DNA of 64,000 bases. Origin: a bacterium. Its GTDB lineage: Bacteria; Hinthialibacterota; Hinthialibacteria; Hinthialibacterales; Hinthialibacteraceae. The stretch is taken from the NCBI GenBank assembly GCA_963662285.2, contig CAXXMV010000001.1, positions 544,001 to 608,000 of the forward strand, in the 5' to 3' direction. This document shows, in pieces, positions 28,808 through 38,791 of this stretch (positions are counted from its first letter, which is position 1; each line of letters starts with the position of its first letter). The notes under the pieces were generated by a model. It saw only the letters and a program-made list of their open reading frames with translations, was not told the DNA's origin and did no database searches. The position numbers and the translations under genes are program-made.

Positions 28808-30625
28808 ATGAACCAAACTTTTGCATCAGCAATAATTTCATTAACTTTATTGATAGCATCGACTCTTGGAGCGCAACCCGATTATCTCTTGCAAAACCTG
28901 GCTCAAGCGCCCGATTACGAAACGCATCGCGCATCCAGTTATGATAAATCCGGCGGCAATGAAGACTGGATCAGCATTGAGCCGGGAGAAACTAAAGTAC
29001 TGGCTGAGATTAATGGTCCTGGCGCCATAACTCATATCTGGAACACGGTGGATGGTGAGAAATATTACTCCAGAATGTTGGTGCTGCGCTTTTATTGGGA
29101 TGGTCAGGAAAATCCTTCAGTGGAAGTTCCCCTGGGGGATTTTTTCGGAGTGGGTCATGGATTAAACCGGGCCTTCCAGAGTCTTGCAGTGAACGCCTCC
29201 TCAGAAGGACGCGCCCGCAATTGCTATTGGTATATGCCCTTCGGCAAATCAGCCAAGGTGACTGTGACTCATGAAGGATTTCTTCCATTACAAAAATTCT
29301 ACTACTACATCGATTACCGGAAATACGCCTCTTTGCCGGAGGATACGCTCTATTTTCATGCCCAATACCGCCAGGCGACTCCCAATGAAAAGGTGGATAT
29401 CAAAGGCAAGAATCCCGATGGCGTGACAAACTATGTACTGATGGAGACTGAAGGAAAAGGCAAATACGTCGGTTCGGTGGTCAGCGTTCAGATGAATGGG
29501 GATGGGTGGTTTGGAGAAGGCGACGATATGTTCTTTGTGGATGGCGCCGATAGACCATCACTGATTGGAACGGGGACGGAAGATTACTTTAACGACGCCT
29601 GGGGATTCCGTGAATTCAGTTATCCCTATCATGGCGTCACCTTATGGGAAGGCTATAAGAAGGGCGACCGGGGGACGGCCTATAAATGGCATGTGTTTGA
29701 TCCCATCTCGTTTAATACTTCACTGAAAGCCACCATAGAGCATGGTCATGCCAATAACCGACAGGACGATTGGTATTCAGTAGCTTATTGGTATCAGAAC
29801 TTACCAAGCCCCAAGCCGCCGGTCTTGGCGGGCGTCTTTGATCGTCTGCCAGATGAAGGCCAGATTTACGCCCAAAAGATGTTTCTTAATAAAGAATTGG
29901 CTCTACATATCGAGCAAGACCGAACGGATGAAGCACTAAAAAGAATTGATGAATTCGTCAAAGAGAATCCAGCGGCGGATGAGTTTGGTTATTGGTCGCT
30001 GCGCCGCGCTATGCTGCTCAAGCAAAAAGGTGAATTAAAAGAATCACATTTCGCTTTCAGTGAAGCATTGCAGAAGAGCGATGTTACCGAAGAGATTGGC
30101 GGTGAAGGCGACGCCAGCAAAATCCATGCGTTGGCATTGAAGGAATACTCAGTGATCGACAAGAAGGTAAGCGCCATAATAAATGCATCATGCGTAGGTT
30201 CTTATGAAATCTATATTGATGGGAAGTTAGCTGCTAAAGGAAGCAATTGGCGCGCATTCAAAAATCATGAAGTGCAACTTTCGCGGGGTAAACATGCCAT
30301 ATCTGTTATAGTCAGGAATGATGCAGCGAGAAAAGGGTTGCTGCTTCAGATTAGCACCCGCAGTGGATACGCGATAACCGATGCAGGATGGAAATGCTCA
30401 ACCAAGGATATGAAGGATGCAACCGATTGGATGAAGACTTCGTTTGATGATTCCAAATGGAGCGCTTGCGAGGTGGTTGGAACTATGGGCCAAGGTAATT
30501 GGTTCAGTGCACAGCCGGATTATTATTTCGAGTCAGACATCTTTTCCGCTAAATATATTTGGGCGCCTGAAGGCGCGGGAACAGCGCCAACCACCTTTTT
30601 CAGGAAAGTTATTCAGGTGAGATAA
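28808..30625 (+). CDS. DUF2961 / glycoside hydrolase family 172 protein with C-terminal helical and beta-sandwich extensions
   Basis: GPGAITHIW, PSVEVPLGDFFG, YMPFGK, WFGEGDD, GTGTEDYF, IEHG; signal peptide; AGGAGA RBS. Confidence 0.85.
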   Translation: MNQTFASAIISLTLLIASTLGAQPDYLLQNLAQAPDYETHRASSYDKSGGNEDWISIEPGETKVLAEINGPGAITHIWNTVDGEKYYSRMLVLRFYWDGQENPSVEVPLGDFFGVGHGLNRAFQSLAVNASSEGRARNCYWYMPFGKSAKVTVTHEGFLPLQKFYYYIDYRKYASLPEDTLYFHAQYRQATPNEKVDIKGKNPDGVTNYVLMETEGKGKYVGSVVSVQMNGDGWFGEGDDMFFVDGADRPSLIGTGTEDYFNDAWGFREFSYPYHGVTLWEGYKKGDRGTAYKWHVFDPISFNTSLKATIEHGHANNRQDDWYSVAYWYQNLPSPKPPVLAGVFDRLPDEGQIYAQKMFLNKELALHIEQDRTDEALKRIDEFVKENPAADEFGYWSLRRAMLLKQKGELKESHFAFSEALQKSDVTEEIGGEGDASKIHALALKEYSVIDKKVSAIINASCVGSYEIYIDGKLAAKGSNWRAFKNHEVQLSRGKHAISVIVRNDAARKGLLLQISTRSGYAITDAGWKCSTKDMKDATDWMKTSFDDSKWSACEVVGTMGQGNWFSAQPDYYFESDIFSAKYIWAPEGAGTAPTTFFRKVIQVR

Positions 30626-30721
30626 TAGAGTAAGCCGACATACCCGGTCTGGTTTGATTCCAGAATAGTGGGAGAAAGTGTAGAATTGACTGACACAACA
30701 AAAAATACGTGGAAAGCAGCA

Positions 30722-32410
30722 ATGAAAAATAGAACACTATACAAATCATTATTATATCTAAGCGTAATTGCTTTAGCATCACTTATTCTGGTTGGTACGG
30801 TATCAGCCGCAGTTGGAGAATTTGATCAAAGCGCCGATTGGGGCAGTAAGAATTTCCCACCACAACTTGGCGCCAATAAAGTTGCCGGATCAGTCTCTTA
30901 TTCTAGCGACGTTTACACTATTGCTGGCAATGGCGATGATATCGGAGAAGCCAACGACGAAGGTTTCTTCGCATACAAAGAACTTGCAGGCTCCCAGCAA
31001 ATGACGGCTCGCGTCACCTGGATCGATACCAATGATTCAGAATGGTCTAAGGCCGGTATCATGATGCGTGAAAATGGCGCTGATCCAAGTTCGCGGCATT
31101 ACTGGGTAATGCTGCGCGGCATGGCCTATGGAGATCAGATTGGGCCCCAGTGGCGCTCAACCCAGGGCGGCAATTCAGACTGGTCTGAAATTCGTCCGCT
31201 GGATAATCCTGATGGTCATATCACTGCTGATGAAAACGCCTCGATTTGGTTTCGTTTAACCCGTATTGTCGAAGTCGGCATGGTTATGACAGAATGGTCA
31301 TACGATGGTGTTGAATGGAACTCCGGTCATGCAATGAATCTTGATTTCCCCGATAGCATCGCATGGGGAATAGCTATTACCAATCATCAGGATAATGATG
31401 GTTTGGCGGTTGCTGAATTTTCAAATATCAGTTTCAGTAAACCATCGGTAGTTGCAGCATCAAGAACTATTGATGGCCCGGTGTATTTCAAGTCTCCTTC
31501 TTTGTTCAAGGTGGGAGACGAATTTACTGTAACAATTAATCTGGTCTGCACTTCAAACAATGATATGACTACGGATATTTCGGAAATAGTCCCACTAGGA
31601 TGGGACGTCAGTGATATCAGCGATGGTGGGACGGAAAGCAATGGCGTAATCTCCTGGACAGGTTTGACGGTTGCTCCCGGTTCAGATTATTCAGTCAGTT
31701 ATAAATTAACAGCGCCTGCTGACGCAGCTTCAACTGTTTCGATCAGCGGTACAGTTGGAGATTTGGATATCAGCGGCCCGAATTCGTTAAGTTTAATTGG
31801 TGGTCCAGTTGGTATATTTGACTCTCAGGTAGACATTGGCGCTGTAGAGATTCCAGGAACAGCTGTGTTTGATGGTGAGGAATACGCCATTGAAGGCAGC
31901 GGCGCCGATATTGAAGGCGCCGCCGACCAGATGCACTTTCTATTCAAAGAATTGAACGGCCCCTTCGTTATCGAAGGTAATGTCTACCTCGAAGGGGTTC
32001 ATGACTCGTCTAAAGCCGGGTTGATGGTTCGTGATGAAATTACGGCTGATTCACAGAACTATTTCGCCACGGTTCACGCCATTGATCAGGAAGTTTACAC
32101 GCAGGTTCGATTGACTGATGGCGCCATAACAGTTGCGGGAACGGCGTATGCTGATCATGAAGGTAATATTAAGATAGAGCGGATTGGGTCTACCGTTACT
32201 CTCTCTTATCAAAACTACGATAATATGGATGCCGGTGACGATGCCTGGACGATACTCGGTTCATACACAACTACCTTGACCGATCCGGTATACGCCGGTC
32301 TGGCTATTACATCGCATGATAACACACAGCTGGCTGGCGCTTATTTTAATGATGTAAAAATTACTGAATTAAACGATCCGGTCAGCATTGCAGATTGGGC
32401 GCTGTATTAA
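30722..32410 (+). CDS. Secreted protein with two ConA/LamG-like (DUF1349-like) beta-sandwich modules
   Basis: Signal peptide; duplicated GxDI...D...KAGxMxR...G[IL]AIT[NS]H modules; ends VSIADWALY. Confidence 0.7.
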   Translation: MKNRTLYKSLLYLSVIALASLILVGTVSAAVGEFDQSADWGSKNFPPQLGANKVAGSVSYSSDVYTIAGNGDDIGEANDEGFFAYKELAGSQQMTARVTWIDTNDSEWSKAGIMMRENGADPSSRHYWVMLRGMAYGDQIGPQWRSTQGGNSDWSEIRPLDNPDGHITADENASIWFRLTRIVEVGMVMTEWSYDGVEWNSGHAMNLDFPDSIAWGIAITNHQDNDGLAVAEFSNISFSKPSVVAASRTIDGPVYFKSPSLFKVGDEFTVTINLVCTSNNDMTTDISEIVPLGWDVSDISDGGTESNGVISWTGLTVAPGSDYSVSYKLTAPADAASTVSISGTVGDLDISGPNSLSLIGGPVGIFDSQVDIGAVEIPGTAVFDGEEYAIEGSGADIEGAADQMHFLFKELNGPFVIEGNVYLEGVHDSSKAGLMVRDEITADSQNYFATVHAIDQEVYTQVRLTDGAITVAGTAYADHEGNIKIERIGSTVTLSYQNYDNMDAGDDAWTILGSYTTTLTDPVYAGLAITSHDNTQLAGAYFNDVKITELNDPVSIADWALY

Positions 32411-32495
32411 TTCGACGTTCTCTGAATTCATTAACAAACGGGGCGGTGGTCTTTATCATCGCCTTTTCGTTTGAAGATTTTTTTTGTAACAAGTT

Positions 32496-32528
32496 GGGTG
32501 GCAAGGGCAGTGTATTTTCTGCCCTTGA
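32496..32528 (+). repeat. REP-like palindrome, family A
   Basis: GGGTGGCAAGGGCAGTGTATTTTCTGCCCTTGA; further copies at 40299, 45552, 45745. Confidence 0.8.
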
Positions 32529-32816
32529 TTGAATCCACCTTCTTTAATTCTATTTCTTCTATCAATGTGACACTGATAATATTGGATCATAATTATTTTG
32601 ACGTTTTAATTGGAATGGTTTATGGTTTATTTGGATGATGATGTTCTTCAATTACAGGAAATCTAAATATCCTTAAAATAGAAAGAATGCTGATGATGAA
32701 AAATCCTGTATATCCTGTATATCCTGCTAATCCAGGGTATCATGATTCAGACAGGAAATAGACTGAATCCTTTTCGACCAATCAATGAAAGTTAGACCTC
32801 CAGTTCATTATAAGTA

Positions 32817-34576
32817 GGGCTTGCTGAAAAACGTTTTCAACTACCGAAGATTATAATCTTCGGTAGTGACTCAGGGCGATGTACGAACGGGATCACTGCC
32901 GAATGAACTTTGATTGCTGAAAAAATTGATCCAGCGTCTCCATTTTGATTTGATAAGCGTTTGAAGCGCCTCTTGTATTACCTCAATCCACAAATCGATA
33001 AACAAAAAGAACCGATTTAAATTACCCAGTCGTGAAATCTTATGCAGATTCATTACGAACAGGTTCAATCCGATAACCGTCAGTGAGGTTTCTGCCAGTT
33101 TAGCCATGATTCTCGCCAAGCCGAAGCGACGTTTTCCCTCTCCAAATTTTCCTTCAATGGCAACACGATCTATTTCATCTTGCCGGGCGAGTTGCTTTTG
33201 TTCCCGGCGAATGATTTTATCTTTGACGGGACGTCCCATCGCTGGGCCGGATATTCTAATACCATATTTTTTGCAATAATCCCTATTACTTTTGTTCCGG
33301 TAAATTTGATCTACATGAACCGATTCAGGAAAGAAACCAAAATGGTGGCGAAAGTTTTTTATCGTTTGAATCAAATCTGTTGACTCGTTGAAATTGTTCC
33401 AATCAATTCTTTCCATAAACGCGAATCCATTGACCAGACTGAGATTTAGTTTTGCGCCAAACTCCGTCTCGGCATTGGCTTTGCCGCGTTTAATGGGACG
33501 CACATACGGAAACCAAATACTGACAATCCTGTCAGCAATACGCTTTTGTTTCGAGTCATACATGATTTTTTGTTGTCGATATAATTCGCTGATCACCAAC
33601 AGCGCCCGATAGAGGTTCCGTTTCAAAACACCTAGGGAAACAGTCTGCGAGAGAGTTTTTATATGCGCCAGATTTCTATTCACATAACCCAATTGTTTAC
33701 GAATGGCTCGACGAATTACTTTGTATGGATTTCTTTTTTTCTTGGAGATAGCAAGATATTCTTTACGTGCATTTTCACGATAGGTACGTGGTTTCTTGCT
33801 GCCGTCCGGGCGTTCCTGATGGAGCCGATCAATTATCGCTTCCGTTTTTTCACGCGCTTCGTTGAGTAAATTCAAATCGGTGGGGTAACGAATATCGGCT
33901 GGAGTGCAAGTCGCATCGATCAATAACTTGCCCCGGTTCTCAACCTCGAAAGTTTCATTGCCATCCTTATTGGACGTCGATTCATCTGATAACTTCATGG
34001 AATCTTTTGGAACGTCATCATCTTCATCTGATGATTTATCATCTTTGGGTTTCGCCGCCGCCAAGGTCATCGCTTCGTTAATTTTATTCATCGATTCGAC
34101 GGGAAAACGTTTGCGGAAATGAACCATCATGGAAGCATCAAAAGGTTCTCCGGTTTGAAAACCGTCCAATCCGATAAAAAACTGGAGATAAGGATTTTCA
34201 CGGATCTGTTCGACAGTTTCACGATCTGATGCTTTGAGTTCTTCTTTGATAACCAAAGAGCCAAATGCCATTCGGGCGGTCAGAGCCGGACAACCAGTCG
34301 TCGAGCCGCTTAACTTATTTTTGTATTCACGCTCAACCACCTCCCAGGGAATCATGGCCGCTTTTTTCACCCAGCGATTATCGGGATCAAGATAACCGCC
34401 AAAGGGCAAACCAAATTCGGGAAACATCGGAGTAAAAGAGTCGTTTTTATACATCTTTATCCACTCTCAAGTGCAAAGGTTTTAAGGGTTTTATGTAATT
34501 CCCCTTGCAGGATTCATAGAATGAGTGTAGCATAAACTATTCATTTGTCAAGACTTCCATCTAAAACAGCAAGCCC
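32817..34576 (-). mobile_element. IS5-family insertion sequence (1760 bp)
   Basis: Terminal IRs GGGCTTGCTG / CAGCAAGCCC; 6-bp direct repeat TAAGTA at 32811-32816 and 34577-34582. Confidence 0.88.
32871..34454 (-). CDS. IS5-family transposase
   Basis: PFGGYLDPDNRW, ENPYLQFFIG, LIDAT, EFGAK, D..Y, R.AIEGKFGEGKR DDE motifs. Confidence 0.92.
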   Translation of the reverse strand: MYKNDSFTPMFPEFGLPFGGYLDPDNRWVKKAAMIPWEVVEREYKNKLSGSTTGCPALTARMAFGSLVIKEELKASDRETVEQIRENPYLQFFIGLDGFQTGEPFDASMMVHFRKRFPVESMNKINEAMTLAAAKPKDDKSSDEDDDVPKDSMKLSDESTSNKDGNETFEVENRGKLLIDATCTPADIRYPTDLNLLNEAREKTEAIIDRLHQERPDGSKKPRTYRENARKEYLAISKKKRNPYKVIRRAIRKQLGYVNRNLAHIKTLSQTVSLGVLKRNLYRALLVISELYRQQKIMYDSKQKRIADRIVSIWFPYVRPIKRGKANAETEFGAKLNLSLVNGFAFMERIDWNNFNESTDLIQTIKNFRHHFGFFPESVHVDQIYRNKSNRDYCKKYGIRISGPAMGRPVKDKIIRREQKQLARQDEIDRVAIEGKFGEGKRRFGLARIMAKLAETSLTVIGLNLFVMNLHKISRLGNLNRFFLFIDLWIEVIQEALQTLIKSKWRRWINFFSNQSSFGSDPVRTSP

Positions 34577-34812
34577 TAAGTACCATGAAATTACCAAAGC
34601 GGTTTTACATGACCTCGAAAGTTATGAGAAAATGCGTAACACCATCGGCATATTAAAACTAGTCGTTATGGGAGAAAAGGATGTCAAAGCAGAGCGTCTT
34701 CGACCACAGGATGATGTTTTTAATGCTATAGAAAGAAAACTAAAAGACAAAGTCAAGATCAAGGCGAGAAATAGAAAGTGATAGCATCAAGAACTGACCG
34801 CCATGTCCCTTC

Positions 34813-36111
34813 CTACCTTTTTATACGGTCACTTATTTGTTGATAGCGCTTGCGGTATAAGGGGTTTTCGGGGTCTAGGTCGATAGCCTTTTGGATGGAT
34901 TGCAGGCTTTCCTGCGGCATGCCGTTGGCGAAATAGGCCCAACCCAACAGGTCGTAATCTGGAGATTCTCCCGCTTGTTGAACTACGCTCTGGAGTACTT
35001 GTAAAGCCCGCTTTAAGTCCTTGTTTGTAGAAAGCAGAATGCGTCCGATAGCCCGTTTGGCGTTGATGTAATCTGGATCAATCGACAAGGCTTTATCCAG
35101 AAAGGGCAGCGCATCGGTATATCGTTTTTGCATGGATCTTAGAATTCCCATGCTGGTCAGGAATTGGGGATTATCGGGATTAATGGCGATCAGTTCCTGA
35201 TAAAGTTGGGCGGCCTGATCTATTTTACCGGCTTGCTGATACATCAAAGCCAGGTTATAGCGGGCGGTGGCGTTCCTGGGATCAAGGCTCAAGACCCGTT
35301 TGAAATGATAATCGGCTTTGGCGTCATTTCTCATTTGATAATATACGGCGCCAGCTTCCAAATGAGTTTTGGCGGCTGCGATGGAGGGATTTTCGAGCTT
35401 AGGATCATCGGATTCCGCTTCTTCGATGAATTCCTGCTCATGTTTTTTCTGTTGCTGGAAGGTTTGCAGTACTTGTTTGGCTTCTTCTTTTTTGCCCTGT
35501 TTCCGGTAAATCTTTCCCAGCAAGTAATAAGGTTCGGGTAGAATGGGTTGGTATTTTTTGGCCAACAGGGCATGCTTCTCGGCCTCCTCCAACTGATTGG
35601 CGGCGAAAAAACGGTCGCCTAAATAAATATGAGTGGATGCATCCTCTGGGTGATATTTCAATTCATTCTGGAAGGCCTGAATCGCTTCATCCATACGGTT
35701 TAACCTTTGTAAAGCCAGGCCAAGACGTTCATTGGCGCGGGGAGCATCGGCTTGCAAGGCGATGGTTTTCCTATACCATTCGACTGCTGTTTCGTATTGA
35801 GTTAACCTGTTATAAAGGAAAGCTATCATCTGCACAATAACCGGCTGATCCGGCTTTATTTGGAGAGACTTTTTAAAAGCCTCTATGGCATCCTCATATT
35901 TTTTGCCCCGATAATAAACATAACCCAGGGCGGAATAGGCTTGGGGTGATTGCGGATATTCCCGGATAAGCTCATTGGCGACATTAATAGAGTAATCCAG
36001 CACGTTTTCGGAAGTAATTTCTGATTGCGCATAGGCATATAACGAAATGGTTAATAGCAAGAAGCAAGCGGTAATGGATTTGACTATAGATGAGTGTAGT
36101 GTGATTTTCAT
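34813..36111 (-). CDS. Tetratricopeptide repeat protein, exported
   Basis: Multiple TPR units; signal peptide; GAGGA RBS before ATG 36111 (ORF track starts at 36177). Confidence 0.88.
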   Translation of the reverse strand: MKITLHSSIVKSITACFLLLTISLYAYAQSEITSENVLDYSINVANELIREYPQSPQAYSALGYVYYRGKKYEDAIEAFKKSLQIKPDQPVIVQMIAFLYNRLTQYETAVEWYRKTIALQADAPRANERLGLALQRLNRMDEAIQAFQNELKYHPEDASTHIYLGDRFFAANQLEEAEKHALLAKKYQPILPEPYYLLGKIYRKQGKKEEAKQVLQTFQQQKKHEQEFIEEAESDDPKLENPSIAAAKTHLEAGAVYYQMRNDAKADYHFKRVLSLDPRNATARYNLALMYQQAGKIDQAAQLYQELIAINPDNPQFLTSMGILRSMQKRYTDALPFLDKALSIDPDYINAKRAIGRILLSTNKDLKRALQVLQSVVQQAGESPDYDLLGWAYFANGMPQESLQSIQKAIDLDPENPLYRKRYQQISDRIKR

Positions 36112-36318
36112 TGTAATCCTCAAGTAATACAATAATTCCTGATAGAAACTTGTACTATTTATACTGGATTTATACAATAGAATCCAGGTGGATTATGGTT
36201 TATGACAAAATAGAATCCCCAACTCGTATGAGAAATTGTCTGAATCAGATTATACAAAGTTTGTCCATCTTTATATAAATGGATATAATGAGGGAAACGT
36301 ATCGGAGGTATCTCAGTT

Positions 36319-36579
36319 ATGCATGTATCCCTTACTGAACGCCTTCAGGAATTCGTAAAAGAGAAGGTTGAAAGCGGTCTTTACCACGATTCAAGCGAAG
36401 TGATTCGCGAAGCGCTTCGACTTATGGAACAAGAAGATCAACTCCACAAAATCAAACTCGACCAGCTGAAAGAAGCCGTTCGTATTGGAGACGAACAGTT
36501 AACCCGTGGAGAATATAGCATACGAACAATTGACAATATTATCGCGGACAATGAAGCCGCTATAAGAAAAACCCTCTGA
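36319..36579 (+). CDS. ParD-like (CC2985 family) RHH antitoxin
   Basis: MHVSLT...VESGLY.DSSEVIREALRLME...L..AV..G. Confidence 0.85.
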   Translation: MHVSLTERLQEFVKEKVESGLYHDSSEVIREALRLMEQEDQLHKIKLDQLKEAVRIGDEQLTRGEYSIRTIDNIIADNEAAIRKTL

Positions 36580-36636
36580 TAATGCCTCTATACAGACTCA
36601 TCTGTTAATCTGAAATATTTAATTAATAAAAAACCT

Positions 36637-36735
36637 TGTCTGAATCTGGATACCCAGGATGAAATGATACGTAGGATAATATTACAAGGCTTTTATCCTC
36701 CTCATCCTTCAATCCGGCAAATCCTGATTCAGACA
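36637..36735. repeat. ~100-bp inverted repeat with 9-nt periodic GGAT/ATCC units and TGTCTGAATC termini
   Basis: TTGTCTGAATCTGGAT...AATCCTGATTCAGACAA; related half-sites near 7660, 9604-9670, 32701-32753, 36237. Confidence 0.6.
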
Positions 36736-36758
36736 AAAAAAAGCCACTCAAATAAACA

Positions 36759-36788
36759 AAAAACGGCCTAGAAACCCAGGCCGTTTTT
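36759..36788. terminator. Bidirectional intrinsic terminator downstream of glyQS
   Basis: AAAAACGGCCT-loop-AGGCCGTTTTT. Confidence 0.7.
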
Positions 36789-36818
36789 ATATATCAATTT
36801 CATACTGCAAAAACCAAC

Positions 36819-38198
36819 TTATTTCCTATCCCAGGGCTTCTCCATGGTTTTCATTTGATCGGCCACCGCTTGATGCAATTGGTCGACCGAGACGCGAATC
36901 TGTTCCATACTGTCGCGGTTGCGGATAGTTACGGTGTTATCTTCCAATGAATCAAAGTCGATAGTAAGACACAACGGCGTGCCGATTTCATCCTGACGGC
37001 GGTAGCGTTTGCCGATATTGCCTGTTTCATCGTACATGGTGCGGTATGGTCCACGCAGGTCAGCCTCAATCTTACGCGCCATTTCGACTAAAGGCGCCTT
37101 CTTCATAAGTGGGAACACGGCGAGATTAACCGGCGCCACTAACGGTGAGAAGCGCAGAACCAGGCGCTCTTCCATTTCACCCTTATCGTTGGGCGCCTGA
37201 TCCAGATCATAGGCGTCAGACAACAGCACCAGGATGGTGCGGTCTACTCCAGCCGATGACTCAATCACCCAGGGGACGTACTTTTCTCCCGTGGCGTCAT
37301 CGCGGTAAGACAAGTCTTTTTTGGAATATTCCATGTGGCGTTTAAGATCGAAATCGCCGCGGTTGGCAATTCCTTCCAACTCCTGCCATCCCATCGGGAA
37401 CTTATATTCAACGTCATAGCAATCTTTGGCGTAATGAGCCAACTCGTCACCCTCATGCTGACGCATACGTAGATTATCCTTACGCACGCCCAACGACTCA
37501 TACCAATTTCTTCTTCTATCCAGCCAGAATTCAAACCACTTATCGCCTTCATCGGGATGAACGAAGAATTCAATTTCCATCTGCTCAAATTCGCGTTGAC
37601 GGAAAATAAATGATTTAGTAGTAATCTCGTTACGGAATGACTTACCCACCTGGGCGATTCCGAACGGAATCCGCTGCCGGGTTACTGTCACAACATTCTT
37701 GAAGTTCGGGAATATGGTCTGGCAGGTTTCAGGACGCAGATAAGTAATATTCTTGGGGTCTTCAACCGGTCCCCAATGCAGTTTGAACATCAGGTTAAAA
37801 TCGCGCGGTTCGGTCAGTTCGCCATCGCATTCGCAGACGAACTTACTCGGCTTCTTTGGGCAGCGCTCTTCTTCAAGTTTATCCGCGCGGAAACGATGAC
37901 CGCAGGTCTTGCAATCCACCATGGGATCATGGAAGCCTTCCACATGCCCCGACGCTTCCCATACCCGCGGGTGGGTGGTAACCGCGCCGTCCATGCCAAC
38001 CACGTTTTCATTATCCGTGACAGTATCCTGCCACCACAGGCGCTTTACATTGTTCTTCAATTCCACCCCAAGGGGACCGTAATCCCAGGATGCGGCGAAT
38101 CCACCGTAAATCTCGCTTGACGGGAAGACGAATCCACGTCTTTTGCATAAAGAAACAATATCGTTCAGTGTTGGTTGGGAATTCGATTGCTCGCTCAT
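36819..38198 (-). CDS. glyQS: Glycine--tRNA ligase (alpha2, eukaryote/archaeal type)
   Basis: LCKRRGF, WDYGPLG, YLRPET, GKSFRNEI, REFEQME, ELAHYA, GIANR, IGKRYRRQDEIGTP. AAGGA RBS supports 38198 (ORF track 38228). Confidence 0.95.
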   Translation of the reverse strand: MSEQSNSQPTLNDIVSLCKRRGFVFPSSEIYGGFAASWDYGPLGVELKNNVKRLWWQDTVTDNENVVGMDGAVTTHPRVWEASGHVEGFHDPMVDCKTCGHRFRADKLEEERCPKKPSKFVCECDGELTEPRDFNLMFKLHWGPVEDPKNITYLRPETCQTIFPNFKNVVTVTRQRIPFGIAQVGKSFRNEITTKSFIFRQREFEQMEIEFFVHPDEGDKWFEFWLDRRRNWYESLGVRKDNLRMRQHEGDELAHYAKDCYDVEYKFPMGWQELEGIANRGDFDLKRHMEYSKKDLSYRDDATGEKYVPWVIESSAGVDRTILVLLSDAYDLDQAPNDKGEMEERLVLRFSPLVAPVNLAVFPLMKKAPLVEMARKIEADLRGPYRTMYDETGNIGKRYRRQDEIGTPLCLTIDFDSLEDNTVTIRNRDSMEQIRVSVDQLHQAVADQMKTMEKPWDRK

Positions 38199-38429
38199 AA
38201 AAGTATCCTTTTTTAACCAGTGCTTCATTTAAGAATCCGCAAGATAGGCCGAAACTTAAAGGGTATATATTCGTTGACTGTCCCCGAAAGCAGTCTTTTC
38301 TACTCGGATTCTAGCGATTCAATATAATTATGCAGAACAGAATTCATTGATTAGAGTATAATACATTTAATCGCTCTAGAATGTGATATAGTATCTCAGT
38401 AGATTCACCATTGAAAGAGGCGAAGCAAT

Positions 38430-38765
38430 ATGACCGATCACTCACTACAGGATGAACTGGTACTATTATTCGGCGAGGAAACCGTCAAACTGGCTCTGGC
38501 CCAGGAAATTCTCGCTCAACGATACACCCTCAAAAATACCATCAAAATCCGCAAAGCCCTGGAGAAATTTCAACGATTAAAGAATATCGAACAACAAAAG
38601 AAGTTCGTGGCCGATTTCGATAAAGAACTGACCCGCGCCTTTATCTGTTCCCTGCTCTGCAACACGGCTTCCAAAGCAGTCATGGAACTGGCTAAACAAG
38701 CCATCGACGATAAACGCGAGGGACGCGCAGTCCTGGGCGGTAACATCATCCAACGTAAATACTGA
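38430..38765 (+). CDS. Hypothetical protein
   Basis: 111-aa ORF with GAGG RBS in an otherwise empty interval. Confidence 0.6.
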   Translation: MTDHSLQDELVLLFGEETVKLALAQEILAQRYTLKNTIKIRKALEKFQRLKNIEQQKKFVADFDKELTRAFICSLLCNTASKAVMELAKQAIDDKREGRAVLGGNIIQRKY

Positions 38766-38791
38766 TAGAATTCTCCCCCCAAGCGGGTGGC

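Larger units (their letters stand above)
32770..34781 (+). pseudogene. Decayed Phd/YefM-family antitoxin interrupted by IS5
   Basis: Removing the IS joins ...FDQ...RPP.. to TKAVLHDLESYEKMRNTIGILKLVVMGEKDVKAERLRPQDDVF, which resembles a Phd/YefM C-terminal half. The 5' part is degraded. Confidence 0.5.

Noticed and set aside
32839-32869. Palindrome ACTACCGAAGATTATAATCTTCGGTAGT as a novel element
   Set aside because: Lies within IS5 just after the transposase stop; most simply an IS-internal terminator-like hairpin
34545-34781. 78-aa ORF as an intact gene
   Set aside because: Its start lies inside the IS5 end; it is a chimera of IS sequence and an antitoxin remnant
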